A stretch of 64,000 bases of DNA from Asterias rubens (lineage: Eukaryota): positions 6,820,001 to 6,884,000 of the forward strand of contig NC_047080.1 of NCBI RefSeq assembly GCF_902459465.1. The letters are read 5' to 3'. A model generated the notes under the pieces. It did not search any database. It was given only the letters and a program-made list of their open reading frames with translations, and was not told the DNA's origin. Both the position numbers and the translations under genes were made by a program. Numbering within the stretch: the stretch's first letter is position 1; each line of letters begins with the position of its first letter. Shown piece by piece: positions 12,268 through 23,560 of this stretch.

Positions 12268-13544
12268 GTATCAGGGAAAGACGTCTTTCGGAGATACGGT
12301 TTCGGGGGAAACGTCTTTCCGTTATACGGTATCAGGGAAAGACGTCTTTCTGAGATACGGTATTAGAGAAAGGTGTCTTTCATAGATACGGTATCAGGGA
12401 AAGACGTCTTTCTGAGATACGGTTTCGGGGGAAGACGTCTTTCCGTTATACGGTATCAGGGAAAGACGTCTTTCTGAGCTACGGTATTAGAGAAAGGTGT
12501 CTTTCATAGATACGGTATCAGGGAAAGACGTCTTTCTGAAATACGGTATCAGGGAAAGACGGATTTCTGAGATACGGTATCAGGGCATGACGTCTTTCCG
12601 TTATACGGTTTCAGGGAAAGACGTCTTTCCGAGATACGGTATCAGGGAAAGTCGTCTTTCTGAGATACGGTATCGGGTAAAGACGTCTTTCCGTAATACG
12701 GTGTCAGGGAAAGACGTCTTTCCGTAAAACGGTTTCAGGGAAAGACGTCTTTCTGAGATACGGTTTCAGGGAAAGACGTCTTTCCGAGATATGGTATCAG
12801 GGAAAGACGTCTTTCTGAGATACGGTATCAAGGAAAGTCGTCTTTTTGAGACACGTTTTTAGGGAAAGACGGATTTCTGAGATACAGTGTCAGGGAAAGA
12901 CGTCTTTCCGAGATACGGTATCAGGGAAAGTCGTCTTTCTGAGATACGGTATCGGGTAAAGACGTCTTTCCGTAATACGGTGTCAGGGAAAGACGTCTTT
13001 CCGTAAAACGGTTTCAGGGAAAGACGTCTTTCTGAGATACGGTTTCAGGGAAAGACGTCTTTCCGAGATATGGTATCAGGGAAAGACGTCTTTCTGAGAT
13101 ACGGTATCAAGGAAAGTCGTCTTTTTGAGACACGTTTTTAGGGAAAGACGGATTTCTGAGATACAGTGTCAGGGAAAGACGTCTTTTTGAGATAATGGTA
13201 TCGGTGAAACACGTCTTTCCGTAATACGTTTTCCTGGAAAGACGTCTTTCCGTTCTACGGTATCAGGGAAAGACGTCTTTCTGAGATACGGTTTCAAGGA
13301 AAGACGGATTTCATAGATACGGTATCAGGGAAAGACGTCTTTCATAGATACGGTATCAGGGAAAGACGTCTTTCTGAGATACGGTATCAGGGAAAGACGT
13401 CTTTCTGAGATACGGTATCAGGGAAAGACGTCTTTCTGTTTGATACTTACTCGGAACACGTCTGAATTATCACGGTATTCCGTCTTTTCCTGATAAAATA
13501 TCTCGGAAACGTGGCAACTCGGAAGGTCACTTTAAGCTTCCGTA
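12268..13544 (-). repeat. Right TIR: inverted 31-bp unit array (about 38 copies) plus tip
   Basis: Reverse complement of the left arm, with the same variant units in mirror order. Carries an extra 279-bp (9-unit) duplication (12631 vs 12910). Confidence 0.95.
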
Positions 13545-13550
13545 TAAAAC

Positions 13551-15620
13551 CAACAAGAAAAAAAAACTATCAAAAAAAAATAATCCATTAGAAAAAGAAT
13601 TCACAAAAAAAAAAAAAAAAAATTAATAATAAAAATTGTTTGCCCTGATAAATAATAACACGAAATGTTTTAAATTAAAATTAAAAAAAAATTACACTTT
13701 ATATATATTTTTTTATTAATTCTTACTTAAAAACCACAAACGTAAACTAAAATTGCACAGAGACAATATTGTGTAAAGGACAAATTTTGTAAAGGACACA
13801 TTTTTTAAAGGACAAATTTCAGAATCAATGAACACAAGTTTTTACTAACTGACCATAAATGAACATAGAGGGCGCGCATGATGGCGAGTCGCGATTTTTT
13901 TTCTTTTTATAGGCCAAGATTTTCCCATTGGCTGCAAAAAGCGCAAGACGGCATCTTTCATCGTACATCACTTCTCGCCGGGCCAGTGTTCCCCTATTAT
14001 TAGAGCTATAATTTGCTCTATGGTCTCAGATGCTGGCCATGCAATTGCAAGACGACTTAAAAGTAAAAAAATAATGTTGTACGTGGTGTGTATAAGACCA
14101 TATTGAGCAAGCAGCTGAAAGCTGGCCTACTCCGACTGGTGGCTTACGATCAGGAATAACATGGAAATAAAATAAAATCAGTGATACAGTTTGCTCTGAT
14201 TACCAAATGAAAAGAAATTGTGGACTTATGGCTGGTGCCCGACTAAATTTGTTGATAGTGAGGAAATTTTGTTAGCAGTATGATTTGGTAAACAAATGAA
14301 ACTGGTGGGCCCTGTTAATATTCACAGTGAAAGATTTTTTAATCTTTGGGGAAGGGAATCTTGAGGTATTCGAAAGTGTCCTTAAACCTTTGTGAGATCG
14401 GTTTTGAAACGTAAGTGATGCTGCAACTCTTGAAACGTGAGCCTATCGACTCGGGATTGAAAGCGTACCTTTTGATGTTGTAACTTGGAACCTAAATGTG
14501 TCTTGGAATGTAAAGAGTAGCTGCGTGCTTGGAACGTAACCAATCTTTTGGAACGCTACGAGCAATTTACATATTTCATGGGAAGGGTCTATTCCCTGTT
14601 TCCACAAGCGTCGATACGCACAGTAAATTACAGACCCATGAATTGGGGGCTCCAGTGCAGGCTGTGTACTTAAAACAAACTTAAAAAAAGAATTCCCGAA
14701 TTTACAAGAGCTTTTCTTTCTTCAAGTAGCACACACATGATCAGCCATGAAACACAGGTTTTTATCAATGATAGTACGATCTTTGGTTTTTATTGCACCA
14801 CCATGCACGGACTGTACATGGAGCTGAGGTATGGACTGTACATTGAACATGTACACCGACCCATTACGGCTCCATGAAATCACATGTTTCAACCCGTAGA
14901 GCTATTCTAATAACATGATAATAGCTTTATTAATAGGGGAACACTGACCCGGCGAGAAGTGATATACGATGAATGATGCTGTCTTGCAGCCAATGGGAAA
15001 ATCTTGGACAAAGTCTTGGCCTTAAAATCCACTGGGAAAAGAAACTCGCGATTCGCCATTATGTGCGCCCTCTATGTTCATTTATGGTCAGTTCGTAAAA
15101 ACTTTTGTTCGTTGATTCTAGAAATTTGTCCTTTACAAAATTTGTCCTTTACACATTATTTGTCTTTAGTTTGACGCCCTCAATGTTTGTTTCGCTTTTT
15201 TGTTTTAACGTAGCTTGTGCAATTTTAGTTTACGTTGGTGGTTTTTAGGTAAGAATTAATAAAAATATGTATATAAAGTGTAATTTTTTTTAAGGATAAT
15301 TTTTTAATTTTTTATTTAAAAACATTTTTTATTGTTACCTTTTTTTAATTTGGTTATTTTTTTTCTAATGGATTATTTTTTTGATAGTTTTTTTCTTAAT
15401 AATTTTAAAAACATTTCGTGTAATTATTTTTAAGGGACAAACATTTCTTTTAATATTAATTTTTTTAATTATTTATTGTAATTTTTTTCTAATGGATTAT
15501 TTTTTGGGAAGTTTTCTTTTATTGTTTATTTAAAAACATTTTCGTGTATTTTTTTTAAAGGGACAAACATTTTTTTATCATAACCTTTTTTTTAATTTAG
15601 TGTAATTTTTTCTAGTGGAT
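13551..15620. repeat. Inverted-repeat (foldback-like) element that is the target of the IS3EU-like insertion; left arm continues in 1-89
   Basis: 13680-14020 is the reverse complement of about 14910-15290 (e.g. AGTGTTCCCCTATTA vs TAATAGGGGAACACT). AT-rich approximately 110-bp units at 1-95 and 13551-13680 mirror 15300-15620. The spacer is about 0.9 kb. Confidence 0.7.
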
Positions 15621-16164
15621 TAAATTAACAGAATGCTGTTTTTTATTTTATTTTAATTTATTCGTGTTAAACTTTTGGTGCTCTGTATTTACGATCAACA
15701 CATAAATTTCGTTTGTTTTATTATTGGTATTATTGTATATCTTTAATTAGTTGTAGTTGTTCTTTGATTTGCGCTTTTTATGTTAGTTTTAATAAATATT
15801 GTTAGCTTTTATTTTATTTAGCTTTTGGCCCTTTTGGCCGCCCATAGGCCCGTGCTTGTACATTATATACATGCGTACTGTTTAACATCACAGACACAAA
15901 TGAACTATATCGAATTCGTTACAGAGGACAAACGTGCATGTGACAGGTATTTATTCTTATAACCCTGGAATTGGTTTGACCTTGGAGGTAGGGTTCGACT
16001 AGTGCCCTGTTTTGGTTCCCATAGATAACTCAACAGGTAATCGGTCTGACCACTCCCATGTACAGTTCCGTTGTATTGTTTACACCCCGCTAGATGATAA
16101 AAATCCTTTACACAAATATTTCTAAATGTAATGTGGGTGAGGGTGTTATACGCCTATCTTAATA

Positions 16165-16300
16165 TTTATGCGTGACGTCATAATTCTAACCCAAAATTAG
16201 GCTATGGCGCACATCCGCCACTACTTGCAGTGGCTGCGCCCACAGCCTCGTTTTGGGTTAGAGTGACGACGTACCTTAGCACACATATTAAGAGAGACGT
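16165..16300. repeat. Small palindromic MITE-like repeat, related to 41100-41200
   Basis: GACGTCATAATTCTAACCCAAAATTAGGCT ... AGCCTCGTTTTGGGTTAGAGTGACGACGT. A similar AGCCTCATTTTGGGTAAGAATTATGACGTCA occurs at about 41155. Confidence 0.5.
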
Positions 16301-16691
16301 ATTCGGAGGTACAGAGGTTATAATAAATTTGTATATTTGGATTGAGAATTGTATTTAAAATGATTGAGAGTGTTAAGCGCTAAAGATTCATATAACATTC
16401 ATAAGATTTCTATACTTTTATTATTTGGGTTGATTTTCTTTGATACTTTTTTTTTTGTCCTTTTTTTGTGTCTCAAGAAAAAATTATATAAGTGTTTTGC
16501 CATTTGTTTCTCTCTATCTATGCCCTTTAAACTAAATTTATGTATACTTATTTCGACTTGTTTGTTTGGTGATGTTTTGGTGTATAGTTTTGGTAATTCC
16601 CCATAAGGGAGCGACTTATTGATAAAATGAATGTTTCTTGAAATCGATGTTAAAGGTTAGTTGTGAATGTAATGTTGTATAGGCCCGTATT

Positions 16692-16724
<33 letters not shown>

Positions 16725-18120
16725 GGGGTGTGTGTTTGTCTCTTCATTTCGTTCTTTTAGATTTGTAAATTGCTGATTAGTTTAACAAAAATGGTAGTGC
16801 TACAGGGGTGTGGGTGCCACAAGATAGTTGTTCAATTGTGTGTTACCTTGTTGGTCTAATTACTATGATAAAGATTGAAATAAGATTGAAGATTGAAATA
16901 TGAAGTACATTATAACAAAGGATAATATGAGGTCATGTCTCGTAACGGTATAATATCCTCCTCAACAATAGGATAAATCCGACAAAAAAAGGCTTGAATA
17001 GTCACAGCCAATACGCAGAGTTTATCCGACTGAAAGGGAAGAAAGTAAACACCTTATAAAAAAACGCATTGGTTGGCGGTCCGCAGGTTCAATCGTGTTG
17101 AACAGATGGTAGCGAAAAAGTTCAACGTTATATCTGCAAAATTTTATTGAAAATAAACACATTGAATGATTGGTTGCTTTCTTTGATTTATTGTTTGCTT
17201 TATTTCCAATAACACTACTATTTTTAGAATCTTGGGCCCTTTACTTGTGCATCGCGATCTATGGAGCGTCACGTCCCACAATACATATTGTTAAGTTGTT
17301 ACAGCACTAAATAAAGCCAGTTTTCGGAACATGCTGGGTGTGCCACAAATCTATCTACTGTTGTTTACCAACGCTTTTTGTTGGTGGTGGGGGGGGGGGG
17401 GGGGGGAAGAGCGCCGGAGATTATTGGAAGTCCGAGGTCGCCACCCCTAAAGTGATCCCACGGCGACCTTCTTCACCAAGCAACAGGTGACCTGTATCAA
17501 AACCAGACAACACACCGCTCACAATACACTGACCACAATGTTTATTGTAAGGAGAGGTTGGGCTCGAATTACATGCTTACTTTATTTGTGTAAGCCCCCT
17601 CCCCCAACCCCAAAATGGTATTAATTCCCACAGGCTCCTTCCAGCCTATAGCCCTATAGTTACCCAATGTTTCCAAAATTATAAAGCTTCCGTTTGATCC
17701 CATCCTTGTCCGCTTGTCATGGTGTTTGGAAGTCAATGCTTTTTTATAAATTATTCTCCATTTAATCTTTTCAACAAATGAGTCACCTGTCAGAAAGATA
17801 TCTAGGAAGTCTGGTAACAACATCGACCACTGGTTGACATGGTCGGTCGCCTGCGAAACATCAATCTGAGTTTACTTCATTCATTCAATGCAAATTCGTG
17901 AGATTTGTTTCGGGTTTTGTCCTGTCACCCAGCCTCTTCGACCCCCTGCACGGCAATGAATGAACCACTCCGGAGAACCATGCTTAGCACAACACGAAAG
18001 TAACCCGACCAAAAAGGGCGGATCGACGCCGGGTGGGCGGGCAAGGGGCAATGAGTGAACCAATCCGGAGAATCATCTGCGAAACACTGTCCAATGAGTC
18101 TCCTGTCATAAACATTTCTA

Positions 18121-21100
18121 CACTGTTAAAAAAGCTGGGCAAAATATCGCTGGGTAAACGCCATTTGTGATTTGTTGGGAAATTTTTGTTAAACTATTGA
18201 GTAAACTTTAGGGTTGGTTAAGATAAAAAAGTTACCAACGTTGAGTATAGTTTAAACAACAATTGTTGGATAAACATTGTCCAATTAATTGGTATTGTTT
18301 ATTAGATTTATCCAACCACGAATTTCTGGGTAGAAATTGGAGAAACACTCCCGGCAGATGGGCATTATGGCGTGAAAGGGTGTGACGTTAACCATTTTGT
18401 TGTGAACTTTGTTATCGTGCGCACACGCGCTCATTACCAAGTCATGAAAGTTATAATGCGACGTCGATGATGGCTGACCACCAAGTGTTGAGATTACTGG
18501 AGGAGTGTGGCGTTAGCTCCCTAACGGACGTTTTCTGAGGTGAGAATTGAAAAATGTATCTCTAAAGTTTAAAAGTACATGTTCTTATTATGATTTAGAT
18601 CAAGAACGTGTGGGCCTGTCCGAAAACTCGGCTTGAGCTGTGAATGCATGGCCTACCGCACGTTATCGCAGTTTCAGGGACATCATCGACACACAACACA
18701 CACACGACGCCACACGCAGAGCCATGCCTAGCCCTTGTGTAGTAGTAGTAGTAGCCTATATAACGTCCAATAGTGTCCTTAGTTAACCCCCTTATCATTA
18801 ACTTTGATTGATAATATCCCTTGATATAAAACATGTAGATGAACTTGGGTGAACATGTAATGTATGTAGCAATTAAAACAGCATGGGTTTGGTAGGCCTC
18901 TTCAAGGAATGGGAAAACTTTGTTAATTATCTCCAAAGATTTGGTATTTTCTCCTTAGAAAATGGGTAATCGGTTCTGTTCTTCCAAAACGTTGAGTACA
19001 TGCTATTATCTTGCCCAACTGTTTGCTTACTGATCTAAAAAAGTTGGGTTACATGTTCCTGATCTCCCCAAGGGTTGGGTACATGTGCACCGCCAATTAT
19101 ATTCTCCCTAAATAGTGGGCGCATGTTCTCCTATACCAAGCAGTGGGGGTACGTGACACTGTTTTACCTGGGTCCGGGGTATGTCCCTATTTTTCCCTGA
19201 TGCTGACAATTTGGAAACAAAATGATCACTTCTTGATAAAAAGTGAACACAAAAATCAAAGCAAAAAAAAGGACCCTTAAATTTACCAAAGTGACACTAG
19301 TTTTAAGAGTATTGGAAGCAGTGCATAGTTACACACAGCTACTTTTAAGATAGGATAGCTATGCCCATGCGTAACAGCTTTGCAATTAAATTTATTTTTG
19401 TTTACAACTCATACAGATAATGAGATTGACATGCAGGCAATGAAGGTGCTGACCGAGGCAGATAATTTGCAACTTATTCCCAAAATCATCCATCGACACT
19501 AAACGGGTAAGTGATGAATTTCTCTGAAAACGAGCAGCCTTGCTTTGGTCTTCTATTTGTCACTGTTATCTGAATTTGTTTTATTTAAATGACTCCAGTA
19601 TGTTTTGAAAACCCAATTTCATGAATCATTTGTTTTCAGAAATAATTACAATTCTTACAAACCCAACACAAAATAATAGTAACACACATGTCTCTAGTAA
19701 ATTACTGTTACTCTTCTCAGTATACGGATCTGTCCTGGTGTTCGTGCGTGGTTGTCTTCAGATTGTGCCGTCACCTTGTAAACCCTAACAAGGCGCTTTA
19801 AACAGCTCTCATAACTCAAAAAAATAACTCTGTATATCCTCTTGTTAAATAAAATAATAATGATCACTTTACTTGACATTTGAATGTTATATTAGGCGCT
19901 ATATCTTAAGAACTGAGTATTAGGACATTAACAAGTTTTATTAATTATTCTTTTTATGCCACAGGATATCATAATGCCACACTACCTGAAGGATAGACAC
20001 AACGCTTCATCCCCAGCCCTTTGTGCTATCATTAGGCAGCGCTGATCTGGAGTCAAATGCTTTTCCACAAACATCAGTCATGAAAGCAGTAGATGTGTAC
20101 TACAAGGCACACTATGTGCTGGACTGCAAATACCAAGTTCAGTGCCAGGGGTATGGACTTTTTTTGAAACGTGTGCGTTCAGCCAGCAAGGTGTGCAATT
20201 GAGAGAAACCGCCACACTGAGAGGTCTAATGGCTTATCTTGCACATTAAAACGTGCTGGAAGTCACTGCAGTAATGCTGCACCCATCGAAAAAGTTAAAA
20301 GGCTACCTAACAAGTTATAATTATTGTAGTCGGTGTGTGAGAGAATCACATTATAAAACTTTGTTTTGAAAAAACATGTTGTTGTTGTTGTTGTTTTTTT
20401 TTTTTTTTTTTTGGGGGGGGTATGTGTATAAGTTAGCAGCTTTAAAGGTTTCATTAGTAAACATAATACAATTTAAAAGTGTAAGTCCCTGTCAAAAAAA
20501 TTACAACTCTTGTTTGTATTTTGTTTAGAAAGTACTTTGCTTTACAAAATAATCTTTGTTTTGAAAGTCACTGCAGCAATATCTGCTATAAACCCATTTA
20601 AAATTATGTAAGGCTACCCAACAAGTTGATCCTTAGGGAGTCTTATTATAGATGGTGTGTAAGAGAAGCAGATTCTTAACTTTGGTATGAAACAATGTTA
20701 TGAGTAAATATATTACATTTTGAAAGTGTACATCCCAGTAACGTCCGACCTGTCTGACTTGTCATGCAAGTGTCATCAAATTGAAGTACTTTGCTTTACA
20801 CAATACCTCTCATTGTTTTGAAAGTCACTGCAGCAATGTCTGCTGAACCCATTTACAAGTATATAAGGCTACCTAACAAGTTGATCCTTAGGCAGCCATA
20901 TTGTAGTCGGAGAGCAAAAGAAGCAGATTCAAAAAAATTGTTTTAGTTTGAAACAAACAGGCTTTTTCCGTTGATTTTTTTCTGGGGGATGGGGTGTTTA
21001 AGTCAGCAGCTTTAACGGTTTTATGAGTAATATAGCCTATGTTTGTATTTATTTGTGCAAAAACTTTGTTTCATTGCTTGTTTGATGTTCACAAATAAAA

Positions 21101-21615
21101 AAGGAAAAGCAAAGAAGTACTTTCTGAAGTCTTTCATTAATGTTTGTGCTAATTACTCAACTGTTGGATGAATAACTTGGTTCAATCTAGTCTCAACAAC
21201 TGAGCTTTAGTAATGGATTTGTGCCCAACAATTTACAAAACCAACGGAAATTTACCACCAAGTGGTCATTATCATGATACACGGTTGCCATCTATTGCAT
21301 AGTCATATTCCAACTACTAAGCAGTTATTCTAAAAGGTTGACCAATATTGAGGAAACATGGTTATACAACGTGTGTGTAACGTTACTACCCAAGAATTGG
21401 GAGACTTATTATTACCACCCTTGGACATACTAAACAAACCAAAGGTTGGGCAGAAGTAAATTCCCAACTTGTGTGTAGGTCGTTTGCTCAATCATTAAGC
21501 AATGACATTGACCAACGACCGTTGGGCTATAATTGCCCAATAGATGTTGAAGCTGACTATTGTACCAAACGTGGGCAATAAGTTGGGCAATTTTTTGCCC
21601 AAAGTTCTAACAGTG
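18121..21615 (+). mobile_element. Non-autonomous CMC/EnSpm-type (CACTG) DNA transposon, 3,495 bp, TA TSD
   Basis: Ends CACTGTTAAAAAAGCTGGGCAAAA / TTTTGCCCAAAGTTCTAACAGTG, with TA on both sides. Subterminal TTGGG/CCCAA motif arrays. Joined flanks match an uninterrupted paralogous site at about 17790-17850. Confidence 0.85.
18470..20249 (+). pseudogene. Degraded spliced accessory ORF of the EnSpm element (SAM-like N-terminus; exons about 18470-18539, 19417-19506, 19965-20249)
   Basis: GT-AG bounded pieces translate to MADHQVLRLLEECGVSSLTDVF*, DNEIDMQAMKVLTEADNLQLIPKI and QPFVLSLG...SVMKAVDVYYKAHYVLDCKY. They resemble the second protein commonly seen in animal EnSpm-like elements (from memory). 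Stops and frameshifts are present. Confidence 0.6.
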
Positions 21616-22121
21616 TAGGAAGTCTGATAACAACATCGACCAGTGGTTGACACACGGTCGCCGCCCAAACTTCCTCCAATCAGACAACTCGTAAGTGGGA
21701 GTTCGGGTCAGGGTTTTGTAGACTTGCAAAGCGACGTTTAAAACGACACAATCGTGTTGAATTCCACAACGATGTTGTTGAATTCGGCAAGGATGCCATG
21801 CCACTGGACCTTCTAATTTCAATCGAAGATGGAGCGGGTTACGCTTTTAATAGTATAGATAACTGACACAAGCGTTCATGTGTTGGGTTAGCCTTTTCTC
21901 AAGGCCCTTGTTGCTTGGACAGCTTCGTAGAACCGCGGTCCCAAGCGAGGTGAGCGACTGGAACGGGAGAACACACAGTGCCCCACGCGAGTTGCGAAGC
22001 CACAGGGGCATTATTCACCTTTTATAAACAAGAATGGTTCCAAATGTTTTCTTTGCAAGGAAATTGTTATCGGCCAGTTTTTTCACGTCTCTTCCAATGA
22101 AGCTTTAAAATATGATTTGTA

Positions 22122-22553
22122 AAGTGAACAAATAATGCTGTGTGCCAATTTGCAGCCGTTTTGGTTCACTTTCATTGTATAAGGCATTTAAAAAGTTCAA
22201 AGTGATCTTTTTTGCGTGACAATGTTTTTTTCGTTGGGAAATCCCAGTATGAGAAACTGCCTGTTAAACACGGCCGTCCTGAATCCAATGTGAACCCGGA
22301 AATTAGAATGTCAAGCTAAACATTAAACAGTGCATTTATCTTGAAAAAGTTAAATTGTATGAGTTTGGTTCTCAGTTTATAAATCTTAAATATAAAACTG
22401 CATATATGATTATCGTGATCAATTGAGTTATTTGTGACACCAGTATGTTATTGGAGTAAAAAATGTCTTGAAGAGACTAGAGAATAGCTTTTGCCGTTAG
22501 TATGGTATATTCACGATCTTGAAAACAGAGGAGGGAACAGAGTTTAAAGTGTT
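22122..22553 (+). repeat. Dispersed repeat, direct copy of about 24738-25190
   Basis: AAGTGAAC(A/G)AATAATGCTGTG...GGGAACAGAGTT is shared between both sites. The adjoining ACAGAGGACAAACGTGCA motif at about 24680 is also seen at about 15920. Confidence 0.75.
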
Positions 22554-23012
22554 AAACCGAGGTGATCCCCGGAGCGTTCTACTTAATAGAACGCTCCGGG
22601 GATCACCGAGGTAGTCATAGTTTTAACCATTGCACGAGTAAAAGCAGTCAATATTTGTTTTATAACACCCACACATTTCTAATACTGTACTATTAGTTAC
22701 AGACCTGAATGCTACAATCCACGGACGATGCGAATACAGATTTCGAAAAACTTTAGCTGTGCTGCATGTTGTGTCATGTAATCCGAAATTGTTACAGACT
22801 ATTATCTATCATCCTCGTATACGCAACGGACGTCTGGGTTCTGCATGCCGTGTGATAGTCTTCGGACTAGCGCATGGCAAACCGATGCACTATCACACGG
22901 CAAACCGATGCACTATCACACGGCCGTCGTCTAGTAAAACTAAGACATATCATGTGACGCGCTCTAAACCAATGAAAAAGCAGAATATTGGTAAGGGGTG
23001 TTATAATTAATA
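22553..23012 (-). mobile_element. Non-autonomous element with a terminal 21-bp perfect hairpin and subterminal inverted repeats (Helentron/HINE- or Crypton-like)
   Basis: GGTGATCCCCGGAGCGTTCTA-CTTAA-TAGAACGCTCCGGGGATCACC at 22561-22607. TTATAACACCC (22660) and GGGTGTTATAA (22996) form an inverted pair. Confidence 0.5.
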
Positions 23013-23384
23013 ATATTTGTTTCTGTTGTACCTACATGAATTGAGAGGGGTTCGGTTTCGCGCTCGTCCATTTTTTCTAACTCCATGTAGCATGATTTGG
23101 GGGTCATCAATCTCAACAACTTATTCACAAAATGTTACAAATTAAATGGTAATTAAATAACAATTAAAACAAGTTAAATTTAATTTAATGTGAACCTTTT
23201 TTAATGGACCACCGCCGATATATTTAAATATTTGATGTAATTGCACCCAGGACTATAAAACGTTGTGGTCACTAAAAGGCATAATAACAATTTTGACATT
23301 GAGTTTTCACCGACACATTTCGTACTGTCCCATTAGTATTACGTATAGTGCTGGCACGGTCCCAAAACGGGTTACACACCTATA

Positions 23385-23560
23385 TTCCATCCGACTCCCT
23401 TATGTTCCGATAACTCAGCCTATATTCCGACACCCCTATGTTCCGACACCCCTATATTCAGACACCCCTATATTCCGAACCCTTATGTTCCGACACCCCT
23501 ATGTTCAGACACCCCTATATTTCGACACCCCTATGTTCCGACACCCCTATGTTCCGACAA
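23385..23560 (+). repeat. 16-bp minisatellite (TTCCGACACCCCTATG), about 10 copies
   Basis: Directly visible tandem array. Confidence 0.9.

Larger units (their letters stand above)
96..13544 (+). mobile_element. IS3EU-like cut-and-paste DNA transposon, 13,449 bp, complete with both ends
   Basis: Starts TACGGAAGCTTAAAGTGACCTTCCGAGTTGCC at 96. Ends with the exact reverse complement (first 32 bp perfect) at 13544. Identical 6-bp flanks TAAAAC at 90-95 and 13545-13550 (TSD). Contains an IS3/rve-like DDE ORF. TAY..RTA ends with a 6-bp TSD match my recollection of the Repbase IS3EU superfamily. Confidence 0.88.

Noticed and set aside
14200-14400. Possible parvoviral NS1/SF3 helicase relic (KRN..., GPVNIHSERF, IFGEG..VFES)
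   Set aside because: Needs several frameshifts, has no intact Walker A, and the motif spacing does not match. A tblastn/HMM search against Parvo_NS1 would be required.
17420-17560. LTR-like end (AATAAA...GATACA on the minus strand)
   Set aside because: No second LTR, no clear primer-binding site, no internal domains.
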